From Sphingopyxis sp. RIFCSPHIGHO2_12_FULL_65_19 (GTDB lineage Bacteria; Pseudomonadota; Alphaproteobacteria; Sphingomonadales; Sphingomonadaceae), in the NCBI RefSeq assembly GCF_001830555.1, contig NZ_MIAM01000014.1, positions 1,332-65,331 on the forward strand: a stretch of 64,000 nucleotides of DNA, read 5' to 3'. The notes beneath the pieces are model-generated. The model was given only the letters and a program-made list of their open reading frames with translations, searched no databases and was not told the origin of the DNA. The position numbers and the translations under genes are program-made. Of this stretch, positions 18,497 to 28,376 are shown in pieces. How positions within the stretch are numbered: the stretch's first letter is position 1; every line of letters begins with the position of its first letter.

Positions 18497-20770
18497 TCAG
18501 CCCGCGACCGCGACGACGCGCACGGGAATCGACTTTGCCGCGGGGCAACCGCTGATCCCGTCATGGTGGGCGAGCGGCAACAGCGGGTTGAGTTCGGGGT
18601 AATAGCCCGCGACCGAACCGCGCGACATCGGATAGTCGATGATCGTCAAACCATCGACGCGGCGGCGCACGCCATCGTCGCTGATCGTTTCGAGCGCGAC
18701 CTTTGTCCCTGCCGCCAGCCCGCGGCTGGCGATGTCCTCGGCATTCATGAACAGGATCATGCGGTCGTTATACACGCCGCGATACCGGTCGTTGTAACTA
18801 TAGATCGTGGTGTTGAACTGGTCGTGCGAGCGCACCGTTGCGAGGCGCAGCATGTCGGTATCGGTGACCGGCGCGTTGACCGCGAGCCCCGGAATCACGA
18901 GGAAATTGGCCTTGCCGTTCGGGGTTGCCCAGACGCGGCGGCGCGGCGGGATGTCGAGGTGAAAGCCCATCGGCGCCTTGATGCGGTCCGAAAACCCCGC
19001 ATAGAGCGCCGGATAGACCTCGGCGATCTTGTCGCGGATCAGGTCGTAATCGTCGATATAGCTGGCCCAATCGACCTTGCTGCCCGGCAAGGTCGCCATC
19101 GCCATGCGGCAGACGATTTCGGTTTCGGGCAGCAGGTCCGGGCTGGCGGGTTCGAGCACACCGCGCGACGCGGTGACGTTCGACATCGAATCCTCGATCG
19201 TGACGAACTGTTCGCCCGCCGCGGTCTCGATCCGTTCGGATCGTGCGACGACGGGCAGGATCAGCGCGTCGCGCCCATGCACCAGATGCCCGCGGTTGAG
19301 CTTGGTCGCGATGCCGACGGTCAGATCGAGTTTGCGCATCGCTTCGTAGGAGCGATCGGTATCCGAAATCGCACGGACGAAATTGCCGCCGAGCCCGATG
19401 AAGACCCTGGCGGTGCCCGCCACCATCGCCTCGACCGCTTCGACCGCATGATGGCCGTGCATACGCGGCGGATCGAAGCCGAAAACATCGCGCAGCCGGT
19501 CGAGATAGGCCGGGGTCGGTTTCTCGTCGATCCCGACCGTGCGGTCGCCTTGCACGTTGGAATGGCCGCGGATCGGCGAAATGCCCGCGCCGGGCTTGCC
19601 GTAATTGCCCTTGAGCAGCAGCAGGTTGGCGATCTGCTGCACCAGCTCCGACCCTCGCTGATGCTGGGTCACGCCCATCCCGTAACAGATGATCGTCGCG
19701 TTCGAGCGGATGTAGATTTCGGCGCAGCGCCGGATCTGCGCCTCTTCGATCCCCGCCGCGGCGACCAGGTCGGGCCATGCCTGCGCGTCGATATCGGCCT
19801 TCAGCGCCGCGAAGCCCTCCGTATGTTCGGCGATGAAGTCATGGTCGAGCAGCTTTTCGCCCGCCGCCTCGCGCTCGAACAATATCTTCATCATGCCTTT
19901 CAGCAGCGCCAGGTCGCCGCCGATCCGGATATGGACAAATTCGCTGCTGATGTCGGTCGACCCGAAGGTCGCCATTTGGACGATATCCTGCGGCTCGGTG
20001 AATTTGATCAGCGCGCGTTCGGGCATCGGGTTGACCGCAACGATCGGCACGCCGCGTTTTCGCGCCTCGACCAGCGGGGTCATCATGCGCGGTGCATTGG
20101 TCCCGGCGTTGTGGCCGATCAGGAAAATTGCCTCGGCACGGTCAAAATCGTCGAGGACCACCGTGCCCTTGCCCACCCCGATCGAATGCGGCAGCCCACG
20201 GCTTGTCGGTTCGTGGCACATGTTTGAACAATCGGGAAAATTGTTCGTCCCATATTCGCGCACAAAGACCGAATAGAGGAACGCGGTCTCGTTCGCGGTG
20301 CGGCCCGAGGTGTAGAATTCGGCCTGATGCGGGCTGTCGAGCGCGCGGAGATGGTCGCCGATGAGCGCAAAAGCATCGTCCCAGCTTACCGGCACATAAT
20401 GGTCGGTCGCGGCGTCGTAGCGCATCGGTTCGGTCAACCGGCCCTGCATTTCGAGCCAGTAATCGGACTGGGCCATCAGTTCGGTCACGCTGTGACGCGC
20501 AAAAAATTCGCGCGTGACGCGAAATCTGGTCGCTTCATGCGCGAGCGCCTTGGCGCCATTTTCGCAAAATTCGAGCTTCTTGGTGCAGGTCGCGTCGGGA
20601 AAGGCACAGCTCGGGCATTTGAAACCGCCCGGCTGGTTCATCGACAGCAGCGCGCGCGACCCTTTGGTCACCACGCTCTGTTCCAGCAGCACCTTGGCGG
20701 TCGCCGCCGCAGCGCCCCAGCCGCCAGCGGGGCTGTCATAGCTTTTGTAGCGGGGGCGGTCGCTCGTCAT
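18497..20770 (-). CDS. FdhF/YdeP-family molybdopterin oxidoreductase
   Basis: GFKCPSCAFPD, EFCENGAKA, PDCSNMCHE, PIRGHSNVQGDRT, RSHDQFNTTIY. Confidence 0.92.
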   Translation of the reverse strand: MTSDRPRYKSYDSPAGGWGAAAATAKVLLEQSVVTKGSRALLSMNQPGGFKCPSCAFPDATCTKKLEFCENGAKALAHEATRFRVTREFFARHSVTELMAQSDYWLEMQGRLTEPMRYDAATDHYVPVSWDDAFALIGDHLRALDSPHQAEFYTSGRTANETAFLYSVFVREYGTNNFPDCSNMCHEPTSRGLPHSIGVGKGTVVLDDFDRAEAIFLIGHNAGTNAPRMMTPLVEARKRGVPIVAVNPMPERALIKFTEPQDIVQMATFGSTDISSEFVHIRIGGDLALLKGMMKILFEREAAGEKLLDHDFIAEHTEGFAALKADIDAQAWPDLVAAAGIEEAQIRRCAEIYIRSNATIICYGMGVTQHQRGSELVQQIANLLLLKGNYGKPGAGISPIRGHSNVQGDRTVGIDEKPTPAYLDRLRDVFGFDPPRMHGHHAVEAVEAMVAGTARVFIGLGGNFVRAISDTDRSYEAMRKLDLTVGIATKLNRGHLVHGRDALILPVVARSERIETAAGEQFVTIEDSMSNVTASRGVLEPASPDLLPETEIVCRMAMATLPGSKVDWASYIDDYDLIRDKIAEVYPALYAGFSDRIKAPMGFHLDIPPRRRVWATPNGKANFLVIPGLAVNAPVTDTDMLRLATVRSHDQFNTTIYSYNDRYRGVYNDRMILFMNAEDIASRGLAAGTKVALETISDDGVRRRVDGLTIIDYPMSRGSVAGYYPELNPLLPLAHHDGISGCPAAKSIPVRVVAVAG

Positions 20771-20780
20771 CGGCGTTCGG

Positions 20781-21536
20781 CTAGCTGACCTTCGCGGTCG
20801 GCATCAGCCACGCCGACCCCCGCCCGTTCAGCTTGTAGACAAAGCCCTCGCCGCTGCGCAGTGCGTTGCGCAGCCCCTTGACCAGCGGGCCGATCGACAC
20901 ATTGAGGTCGGCCGAGAACATCAGCATATAATCGCCGTCGACGGTCAGCTCCTTGCTGCCGTCGAGTTCGACGATGTCGATCTCCTCGACCGGGACCGGC
21001 GCCTCGACTGCAAAGACCCCGGCGCCCGCCATCTTGGGCTGGACCAGGCCATTGCCGCCGAGCACGCCCGCGACCGTGTTGTGACGGTGCGTGGTAAGGG
21101 CGATCCCCGACGAGCAGGCGTAAAAGGCCTTGTCGTCGAGCAGCAGCGCGTCGCCGTCGATCGCCCCGATGATGAAGTTGCGCCGCCCCGGTTCGGTCCA
21201 GATCGTCCCATGCCCCGAAAATTTCGTCGCAAAGGCCGATTCGCCCGTGCCCGCCGAGGCGAGCGCCCGGCTGAGGAAGCCGCGATCCTCGTGCTGCTGC
21301 ACGGTCGATTCGATCTTGCCGTGCATATATTGCAGCGCGCCGGGTTCGAGCAGGATGGCGCCGCCGGTCAGCGTGATGCACAGCTGGAAGATGTCGGTCG
21401 CCTCGGCGACATAATGAAAGCCGCCCTCGGCCGTCGGGATGCCGCGGGTAATCAGACGTTTTTCGACGAACCGATATTTTTCGATCCGCACCCCGCCGTC
21501 TTCGACGCTTTCTTCCAGTCTGCGAAATTCGGTCAT
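20781..21536 (-). CDS. AIM24-family protein
   Basis: EPGALQYMHG, GTGESAF, DDKAFYA, VDGDYML, SGEGFVYKLNGRG pattern. Confidence 0.7.
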   Translation of the reverse strand: MTEFRRLEESVEDGGVRIEKYRFVEKRLITRGIPTAEGGFHYVAEATDIFQLCITLTGGAILLEPGALQYMHGKIESTVQQHEDRGFLSRALASAGTGESAFATKFSGHGTIWTEPGRRNFIIGAIDGDALLLDDKAFYACSSGIALTTHRHNTVAGVLGGNGLVQPKMAGAGVFAVEAPVPVEEIDIVELDGSKELTVDGDYMLMFSADLNVSIGPLVKGLRNALRSGEGFVYKLNGRGSAWLMPTAKVS

Positions 21537-21567
21537 CCTCAGCCTCTTTCCTTATCGCGCGCGGGGC

Positions 21568-22053
21568 TTACCGGAACGGATTGTCGTCGTCCGAATAGCG
21601 TTCGTTGATGAATTGCGTGTTGTTGGTGAAGGCGTTGATATCGTGCTGCGCCAGGTCGCGCAGCATCGTATCGACTCGTTCCTGCAGCCGGTCGAGGCTG
21701 GCACCGAGAAGGAAACTCGCCGATTTTCCGGTCTTGCGAAAAATCTCGCCGCGGTGGCTGGCGGGCACGTCGATATAGCTCTGGACCAGCTGGGGCAGGT
21801 GGACGTCGCGCATCTGGCCGGTGTCGACACGGCTGAAGCTCGGCACCTGTTCGCGCTCCATCGCCTTTTCGACGGCTTCGATCGATTCCAGGATATGGGC
21901 GATCTTTGCCTGCGCGCTGTCGGGAATCCGGTCGTCCTGATAGTTGAAGGCTTTGGGCTGCGGCGCAGCCGGGGGCGACGGCGCCGCACGCTCGTTCGCC
22001 TGCGCTGCCCCCTCCCCGCCGAAAAGGCGGCCGAGCCGTCGAAACATGCTCAT
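21568..22053 (-). CDS. Small helical protein, probably an XpaC/KlaA-like partner of TelA
   Basis: True ORF starts MSMFRRLG. HLPQLVQSYIDVP...LDRLQERV...DINAFTNNTQFINERY resembles proteins encoded next to telA. The family call is tentative. Confidence 0.5.
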   Translation of the reverse strand: MSMFRRLGRLFGGEGAAQANERAAPSPPAAPQPKAFNYQDDRIPDSAQAKIAHILESIEAVEKAMEREQVPSFSRVDTGQMRDVHLPQLVQSYIDVPASHRGEIFRKTGKSASFLLGASLDRLQERVDTMLRDLAQHDINAFTNNTQFINERYSDDDNPFR

Positions 22054-22135
22054 ACCGTTGCCGCTTTCACCTCGTCCAAAAAATCGCCGTCCCTTCCATA
22101 GCCTTGCGCCGCAAGCTTTCCAAGAACAGCGAGAA

Positions 22136-23185
22136 TTAAAGCGACCCCAACGCCGACTGCTGCTGGCTGCCCAGCGCGTCGACCGAGGCGGAAACCTCGG
22201 CAATGGCCGACCGCAACGCCGCGACCTGCTGCGACGCCTCTGCGCTGTCGAGCGCGATGCGGGCATTGCCCGCCGCCGACGCGCCGCTCGCGCGATTGCC
22301 CAGCGCCGTCGCGGCGGCTGTGACACCGCCGATACGGTCGAGCACGATCTGCTGGTTGGCGAGCGTCTGCGCCGCGACGATGGCGGTCTGGAGCGCGGCC
22401 ACCGTGGTTGCGGAGGCGCGGTCGATGCCCTTGACCAGTTCCAGGTTGTTGGCGTGGACGATGCCGAGCATCGCATAGCTTTGCTGCGACACCGCCATTT
22501 GGGTCAGGAGGTCGCCGTGGCGCTGGCGCGCCTCGAACAGCGCGACCTGGCGCAGGCGCTGCGCCTTTGCGGGGTCGCGTGCGTCAAGCTGTCCCGCGAG
22601 CCGTTCAAACCGTTCGTCGAGGCTGGCGCACAGGCCGATCGCTTCGGCCAGGCTGGACAGCATCGGGCGGACCGTCCGGCGGTAGGCGGTCACGGCGATA
22701 TTGTCCTGAAGCAGCGTATCGCGGCTGGTCGCCATCGTTGCCAGCGCCGCTTCGATTTCGCCCTCGCTGTCGCGATAACGGTCGAAATAGCTGGCGAGCG
22801 CGTCGCCGCGCGGGAACAATCCCAGAAATTTGCGCGGTTTCAGCAATTCGTCGCCGATGCCGGGGTTGAGCCGTTCGAGCACGGCGCGCAGCCGCGCGAG
22901 CTGGGCATGGACCGCGGCGACCGCGCCTTCGCGTCGGCCGCTACGCGCCATCGCCAGCCGCGCCTGGTCGGACAGCGCCCGCACCTCCTCGGCGCCGATC
23001 AGGGCAATCCGCGCCGCCATGCGGTCGAATTCGGGGCTTTGCGCCTCGATCGCGACGAAGCCGCCCGCATATTCGCGCGCGACCGCCTTGATCCGCGCCG
23101 CGGTCGCCTCGCCAAGCGCAAACTCGCCCGCCGGATCCTGCGCCGGTCCGCCCGGTCCCGGGGGTTCGAGTTGCAGTCCGTTCAT
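22136..23185 (-). CDS. Toxic anion resistance protein (TelA family)
   Basis: 349 aa coiled-coil; RKFLGLFP...YFDRY, LLQDN, DLLTQMAVSQQ, NNLELVKGIDRA...TVAALQTAIVAA. Confidence 0.8.
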   Translation of the reverse strand: MNGLQLEPPGPGGPAQDPAGEFALGEATAARIKAVAREYAGGFVAIEAQSPEFDRMAARIALIGAEEVRALSDQARLAMARSGRREGAVAAVHAQLARLRAVLERLNPGIGDELLKPRKFLGLFPRGDALASYFDRYRDSEGEIEAALATMATSRDTLLQDNIAVTAYRRTVRPMLSSLAEAIGLCASLDERFERLAGQLDARDPAKAQRLRQVALFEARQRHGDLLTQMAVSQQSYAMLGIVHANNLELVKGIDRASATTVAALQTAIVAAQTLANQQIVLDRIGGVTAAATALGNRASGASAAGNARIALDSAEASQQVAALRSAIAEVSASVDALGSQQQSALGSL

Positions 23186-23201
23186 CGCCGCGGCCCTGCG
23201 A

Positions 23202-24104
23202 TCATGCGACCTTGACGCCGGTGTGCTGGTCGGGGCCCGCCACGCCGTGCGTCTGCGCGCGCTTGACGACCATCCCCGCCCAGGGGGCGTGCGTCGCGGG
23301 TTCGCACATGCTGCCGTTGCGGCCGAACACGGCTGGCGCCTCGTGGTTCAGGATCGCGCGCGCCTCGGCCATTTCCTGGACGTCGGGGCGATAGACCGAA
23401 TGGATGATCGCGATCTGGTCGGGGTGAATCGCGGTCTTGGTCAGCAGGCCATGCTCGATGTCCTGTTCGACCTCGCGGCGCAGCACGTCGGGCGCGGCGA
23501 AATGTTCAAAGACCGGGGCCGCGACCGAGAATCCGTGCGGGATAAAGGTGCCCGCAATGTCGCGAATGACACTGCCCAGCGGGCCGTCATAGGCGGTCCG
23601 GTATCGCGAACGGCGGATGCCGAGCAGCCCGAGGATGTCGTTCCCGCCGATCCGCACCGCCGACACGCGTTCGGCATAGGGTTTGAGCTGGTCGCAGAGC
23701 CGGGCGAGCGCGAGCCGGTCGAACGCGTCCTCGCCCTCGATCGTCGGCATGATGCGATGATCCTCGTGCATCAGCGCGGTCAGCCAAACGGGCAGCGACT
23801 GGGTCGTCACCTTGGGCAGCACAAAGCCGTCGATGCGGTCGATGCCCTTCATCTTCAACAATTGCGTCAGCATCCGGAAATCGCGCGGCCGCACATAGAC
23901 CGACAGCGTCGGCGATTTGGCGACGAGCGCGCGGAGCAGTGCCGCAAGATCGTCGAGCGCGGCATCGACCTGGTCATCGCGAACCGAATCCTCCAGGCAC
24001 ACGACCATCGACCGCAGGTCGTCGATCGCCCCATAGGCCATGGTGCGTGCGGCGGGGTTTGTTGCCGGCACATACAGGGTGGCACCCAGCTCGACAGCGT
24101 TCAT
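23202..24104 (-). CDS. CitE-like (HpcH/HpaI aldolase/citrate lyase family) protein of the Ter biosynthetic module
   Basis: LGATLYVPAT, CLEDSV, VLPKV, RIGGNDILG, KTAIHPDQI; ATGA overlap with the upstream gene. Confidence 0.85.
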   Translation of the reverse strand: MNAVELGATLYVPATNPAARTMAYGAIDDLRSMVVCLEDSVRDDQVDAALDDLAALLRALVAKSPTLSVYVRPRDFRMLTQLLKMKGIDRIDGFVLPKVTTQSLPVWLTALMHEDHRIMPTIEGEDAFDRLALARLCDQLKPYAERVSAVRIGGNDILGLLGIRRSRYRTAYDGPLGSVIRDIAGTFIPHGFSVAAPVFEHFAAPDVLRREVEQDIEHGLLTKTAIHPDQIAIIHSVYRPDVQEMAEARAILNHEAPAVFGRNGSMCEPATHAPWAGMVVKRAQTHGVAGPDQHTGVKVA

Positions 24105-25228
24105 TGCTGGTCTCCTCCCAGATCCTTGATAATGGTCACGGCGCGATAGCTCCGCAAGTTTCTTTCGATGACGGGAACCCCCGCGGCATCGGCCAACAGG
24201 ACGATATGCGCGACGTCGGCATCGCCGCGTCGCTGGACATAGATGCGGTCGGGAACGCGGCGCAAGATGGCGCGCGTAGCCTCTGCAATTCCCGGTTTGA
24301 TGCGGTTGAGATCGCGAACCCCGCATTCGGCCGCAATCGCCGCGATCGCCCCCTCCGCCGCCGCGCGGACTTCGGTCGCGGCCGCAGCGGACCATGGCGC
24401 CGTTTCCGGCTGCCACGCGCCCGCGCCCTCGATCGCGTCGATATAGGCGCGGCTGCGGTCGCTTGCGGCGTGGTCGGACAGGACAAGGCAGGCGTGGAAA
24501 TCGTCGGGGCCGACGAGGGCGTCATTTCGCACCGACCGGCTGACCAGCCCCGAAACGATGCCGTTGAGCAGGCCGCCGGGGATGACATAATCGTCGAAGG
24601 TCGCGGCCAGGTCGGCGCGCCCCGCGGGGTCGGCGACCACGGCCAGGAACGGGGCGAAGCCGCTTGTCCCCGATGCGAGCGCGCGGTCGAGTTCGCCGCG
24701 GATTGCGCCCTTGCCGGTCCACCCGTCGACGAACACGGCGTTCGCCGTGCCGTGTCGCCGCGCGATATAGGCCAGCGCATTGTCGTCGATGCCGCGGCCG
24801 CGCAGGATGCTGACCGAATAATGCCAGGCCTCGACCCCCCGTCGGCGCAGCGCGCGCGCCAGCAGGATGCCGATCGGCGTCCCGGCACGCGCGAGCGAGA
24901 TCAGGACGCAGCTGGTCGCGGTCTGCGAGCGATCGCCGATCGCGCGCGCAAGCCGTTCGACATCGTGCCGGACCCGTGCCGCATTCGCCGCGAGCGCCTG
25001 GTCATACAGGCGCAGGTAGCGCGCATCGGGCACCGATTCGGCCGACAGCATCTCCGAATAATGGCGCGCGCCCGACTGGATCAGCCGTTCCTTTTCGGCG
25101 ATTGCGGTCGGCTCGATCCGCGCCGGGTTGAGCAGGAAGATGACATCGCCGGGATCGTAGGAGCCCGAAAAGGTCCAGTTCCCCTCGGCGTCGCGGTAAC
25201 CGTCGCCAGCATGGCCGGGCGTCGCCAT
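24101..25228 (-). CDS. PRTase-fold protein with C-terminal PELOTA/L7Ae-like RNA-binding domain (StiP-like)
   Basis: SGSYDPGDVIFLL, SLARAGTPIG, FVDGWTGKGAI, IKPGIAEATRAILRRVP; TGATG coupling to the HAD gene. Confidence 0.8.
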   Translation of the reverse strand: MATPGHAGDGYRDAEGNWTFSGSYDPGDVIFLLNPARIEPTAIAEKERLIQSGARHYSEMLSAESVPDARYLRLYDQALAANAARVRHDVERLARAIGDRSQTATSCVLISLARAGTPIGILLARALRRRGVEAWHYSVSILRGRGIDDNALAYIARRHGTANAVFVDGWTGKGAIRGELDRALASGTSGFAPFLAVVADPAGRADLAATFDDYVIPGGLLNGIVSGLVSRSVRNDALVGPDDFHACLVLSDHAASDRSRAYIDAIEGAGAWQPETAPWSAAAATEVRAAAEGAIAAIAAECGVRDLNRIKPGIAEATRAILRRVPDRIYVQRRGDADVAHIVLLADAAGVPVIERNLRSYRAVTIIKDLGGDQQ

Positions 25229-25968
25229 CAGTCGATCCAGCCGTTGCCAAGCGCGATATGCGACCAGAGCTGGGTGCCTGTCGGGACCGCCGCGAAATCG
25301 CACAGGTCCATGAAGCCGACGTCGGACACGCTGTCGCCGATGCCGATGATCGGCTGGTCGGGGCGGGCGGTGCGGATATGGTCGATCAGGTAGCGCGCGG
25401 CGTGCCGCTTGCTGAGCCAGGGCGGCAGATAGGCCAGATTGTTGCCATTGCGGTGACAGCGCCAGCCGGTCGGCACCTGCGGCGCCAGTTCCTGTTCGAG
25501 CACGGCCAGTTCGCCCGCGTCATGCGCGTTGCTCTTGACGACGATATAAAGCGTCAGGCCATTTTCCTCGACCGCCCAGTGGCGAAAACGATCGGTGCAG
25601 AGCGCGTCGGTAAGCGCATGATAGACGGCCTCGACCGGCGCCCCGCGGCGGGCTTCGGTTTCCAGGCGATCGTGCCATTCGCGGTCGAGCGCGCCGTCGT
25701 CGCCAAGGATACAGCCGCCGTTCGAGCAGATCGCCGGCGCCTGCCCGATATCGACCCGCGCAAGGACATCGCGCCCGCGCGCGGTTACCGGGATCACCGT
25801 CCCCGTTTCGAGCCAGCGCAGGAAATGCTGCTGCATCGGCGTCGCAAATCCGCTGGGGCTGCCGTCGAGCAGGCTGCTCATCTGTCGCAGTCCGTCCATC
25901 CCCGGCGGGCATTTGGGCAACGTCTGGAACAGCGTGTCGTCGAGGTCGGTCAGGATGACGGGGGTCAT
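25228..25968 (-). CDS. HAD-superfamily phosphatase
   Basis: DLDDTLFQT, VTAR, SKRHAA, GDSVSDVGFM. Confidence 0.85.
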   Translation of the reverse strand: MTPVILTDLDDTLFQTLPKCPPGMDGLRQMSSLLDGSPSGFATPMQQHFLRWLETGTVIPVTARGRDVLARVDIGQAPAICSNGGCILGDDGALDREWHDRLETEARRGAPVEAVYHALTDALCTDRFRHWAVEENGLTLYIVVKSNAHDAGELAVLEQELAPQVPTGWRCHRNGNNLAYLPPWLSKRHAARYLIDHIRTARPDQPIIGIGDSVSDVGFMDLCDFAAVPTGTQLWSHIALGNGWID

Positions 25969-27131
25969 TCGCCCTCCCCCCCGGCATAAAGGCACGCGAC
26001 GACATCGACGGGCACCGACGACCCGAGGTCCGCCAGCGCGGCCGCCGCCTCCGCCCGCTGGTCGGCAGGCCGTTCGGTGACGATCACCACCCGGTCCGGC
26101 GCGTGGGCCAGCATATTGTAAAGGAAACAGGGCGCGCCGCTGTCATAGCTGTCGCGAAACGTCGATTTGCTCGCCATGGCGCCGCCGATCAGCGCGGGGC
26201 TGCGGGTGATGCACTGCACCGCGGCGATGCCCCCCTGGCGCTCGATCTCCTCGGCGACCAGCAACGCTTCATAACTATGTTCGCCTTCGCCCAGCACCAG
26301 CACGCGCTCGCCGGGAGCGGCAGCGACCGCCGCGCGCCGGGCGCGTTCGGGATGCAGCAGGCCGGTGCGGCTTTTCATGCCGGCATCGGGCGCGGCGCCC
26401 GGTGCGTTGCTGCCCGCCGCCAGTTCGGCGGGCGGCGCCGCGGTCGCCGCCGACCAGCGCATCCGCCCGCTGACGATCGCCCGCGCCGCGGCAGGGCGCG
26501 GCATCGCATCCAGATAGCTGCCGTCGCTCCAGTCGGTGATGCAACAGGTTTCGATCCGTTCGAGCCGCGGCATCGCGCCCAGCAGCGCGGTCGCCGCCGC
26601 GACGAAGGTCGCGCCGGTCGAACATTCGTCATCGACGATCACCAGCGCGCGGGCCTCCGCCACTCGCGCGCGGATCGCCGGATCGGCGATCTGGACAAGG
26701 TGCGACGTCGCGTGGCTGTGCCCTTCCTCGAACCGGGCGGCGACCTCTGCCCCCGCCACGCGCTGCCGCGAGGATTGCAGATAGACGGCATCGGCGCCCG
26801 GATGCCGCGCCTGCCATGCGGCGAAACAGCCCTGCCCCAGCGCGGTCGCGGTTTCGGCCATGCCAAGGAAGACGACCGGACCCGGCAGGTCGCTTCCCAC
26901 GCGGGCAGCAAGCCCGTCCATTGCCGCGCGCATGGCGCCGGGACGCGCGGGCAGGTGGCGGCCGAGGACGCGCGACACGATCAGGAAGCCGCGGCGCGGA
27001 TTGGCGCGCGCCGCCACATCGCAAAAGGCCTCGAGATCCGCGTCGCCATCGACAAACAGGTCCAGCGTGCCGGTCGACAGGTCTACCGTCATTGCCGGCG
27101 CCGCACGCGTAAATTGCATAGGGTAACTCAT
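25965..27131 (-). CDS. Phosphoribosyltransferase with C-terminal TRSP domain
   Basis: RANPRRGFLIVSRVLGRH, GMAETATALG, VIVDDECSTGATF (PRPP loop), CITRSPA. Confidence 0.85.
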   Translation of the reverse strand: MSYPMQFTRAAPAMTVDLSTGTLDLFVDGDADLEAFCDVAARANPRRGFLIVSRVLGRHLPARPGAMRAAMDGLAARVGSDLPGPVVFLGMAETATALGQGCFAAWQARHPGADAVYLQSSRQRVAGAEVAARFEEGHSHATSHLVQIADPAIRARVAEARALVIVDDECSTGATFVAAATALLGAMPRLERIETCCITDWSDGSYLDAMPRPAAARAIVSGRMRWSAATAAPPAELAAGSNAPGAAPDAGMKSRTGLLHPERARRAAVAAAPGERVLVLGEGEHSYEALLVAEEIERQGGIAAVQCITRSPALIGGAMASKSTFRDSYDSGAPCFLYNMLAHAPDRVVIVTERPADQRAEAAAALADLGSSVPVDVVACLYAGGEGE

Positions 27132-27206
27132 GTCCTAGGGAGGGCGACGAACCGCAATCGGGGAATCGATACGGGCGCGCGAACGTCGGGGGATCAGGCG
27201 CGCTTT

Positions 27207-28346
27207 TTACGCGCTGACAATTATGCTGACAACCGAATCGCGCAGTCGGCCGACCAGGCTGCGCCGGTTGTTGTCGGTCGATAGCGGCACCGCCGTCCCT
27301 TCGACCCCCGACGCCGCCAGCATTTCGTGGACCAGGCTGACCTTGATGCCGAAATTGACATTTTCGCTGATCGCGCCGCGATCGCGCAGGTTGCCATGCG
27401 CCAGCGACGAAGAGGTGATGCCGACGAGATTGCCATATTCGTCGAGGATTGCGCCGCCCGACGATCCCGACCCGATCGGCGCGGTGAACTGGAACCGGGC
27501 GACATCGCCTTCCCAACCCTTCAGCCCCGACACATTGCCCGTCGAAACCTTCAGATCGGCACCGAGCAGGTCCATCAACGGGTAACCCGCCGCCAGCACC
27601 GCCTCGCCCAGCCAGATCGCCGCGCTGTTGCGCAGGGGCAGCGGCGTGCCCTGAACATCGCCCTGAAGGATCGCGAGGTCGTGCAGCGGATCGACCGCGA
27701 GCATGGTCAGCGCCTGTTTGCCGCGGCCCAGCTTGAAATCGCTGCCGCCTTCGATGACATGGGCGTTGGTGACGACGATGCCCGGCGCGACGAGAACGCC
27801 GCTGCCCGAACCGAGCGGGGTGCCCGGCGGCGCGGTCCGGCGCTCGCCGCGCTCGCCGCCTTCCCATCGTTCGCGATTTCCATCGCGGCGCTGGCGACCC
27901 GGAATGGCATCGACCGAAAAGTTCCGCGCCCGCGCAAAAGCCTCGATCCCGAACGTATAGCCTTCGTTGGCGACCTTCACCCGCCGTCCGCCGTCGCGCA
28001 TATAGGCTTCGGCGATGATCACCGCCGCCAGCTGGTCGAACGGCTTGGGAAAGTCATAGCTGGTGCCGCCGAAATCGACGGTGACGGGATAGCTGTCGTT
28101 GACGAAGCCGCCGGTCCGGTCGTCGGCGATATAGAGCAGGATTTCCGCCTGGTCGCCCAGGTCGGCCATTGTCGAGAGGCGCCATTCGCCCGGCGCGCCG
28201 CCACGTTCGAGCGGCTGGAACGCCCCCTCGCGTGAGACGGCGACGACGGTGATCCGGTCGGCATCGCGGCCGCCGATGCGGATCGTGCAGGCGGCGTCGG
28301 TGGCGACGGCAAGTCGTTCGCCCGGCTGCGCATTCTTCATCGCCAT
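27207..28346 (-). CDS. Trypsin-like serine protease with a degenerate TerD-like N-terminal domain
   Basis: Catalytic triad VTNAHV / HDLAIL / GSSGGA. The N-terminal AAVIIAEAYMRDGGRRVKVANEGY resembles the TerD C-terminal strand. No signal peptide is evident. Confidence 0.8.
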   Translation of the reverse strand: MAMKNAQPGERLAVATDAACTIRIGGRDADRITVVAVSREGAFQPLERGGAPGEWRLSTMADLGDQAEILLYIADDRTGGFVNDSYPVTVDFGGTSYDFPKPFDQLAAVIIAEAYMRDGGRRVKVANEGYTFGIEAFARARNFSVDAIPGRQRRDGNRERWEGGERGERRTAPPGTPLGSGSGVLVAPGIVVTNAHVIEGGSDFKLGRGKQALTMLAVDPLHDLAILQGDVQGTPLPLRNSAAIWLGEAVLAAGYPLMDLLGADLKVSTGNVSGLKGWEGDVARFQFTAPIGSGSSGGAILDEYGNLVGITSSSLAHGNLRDRGAISENVNFGIKVSLVHEMLAASGVEGTAVPLSTDNNRRSLVGRLRDSVVSIIVSA

Positions 28347-28376
28347 CCCCCCACCATCGTCATGCCGCCACCATCG

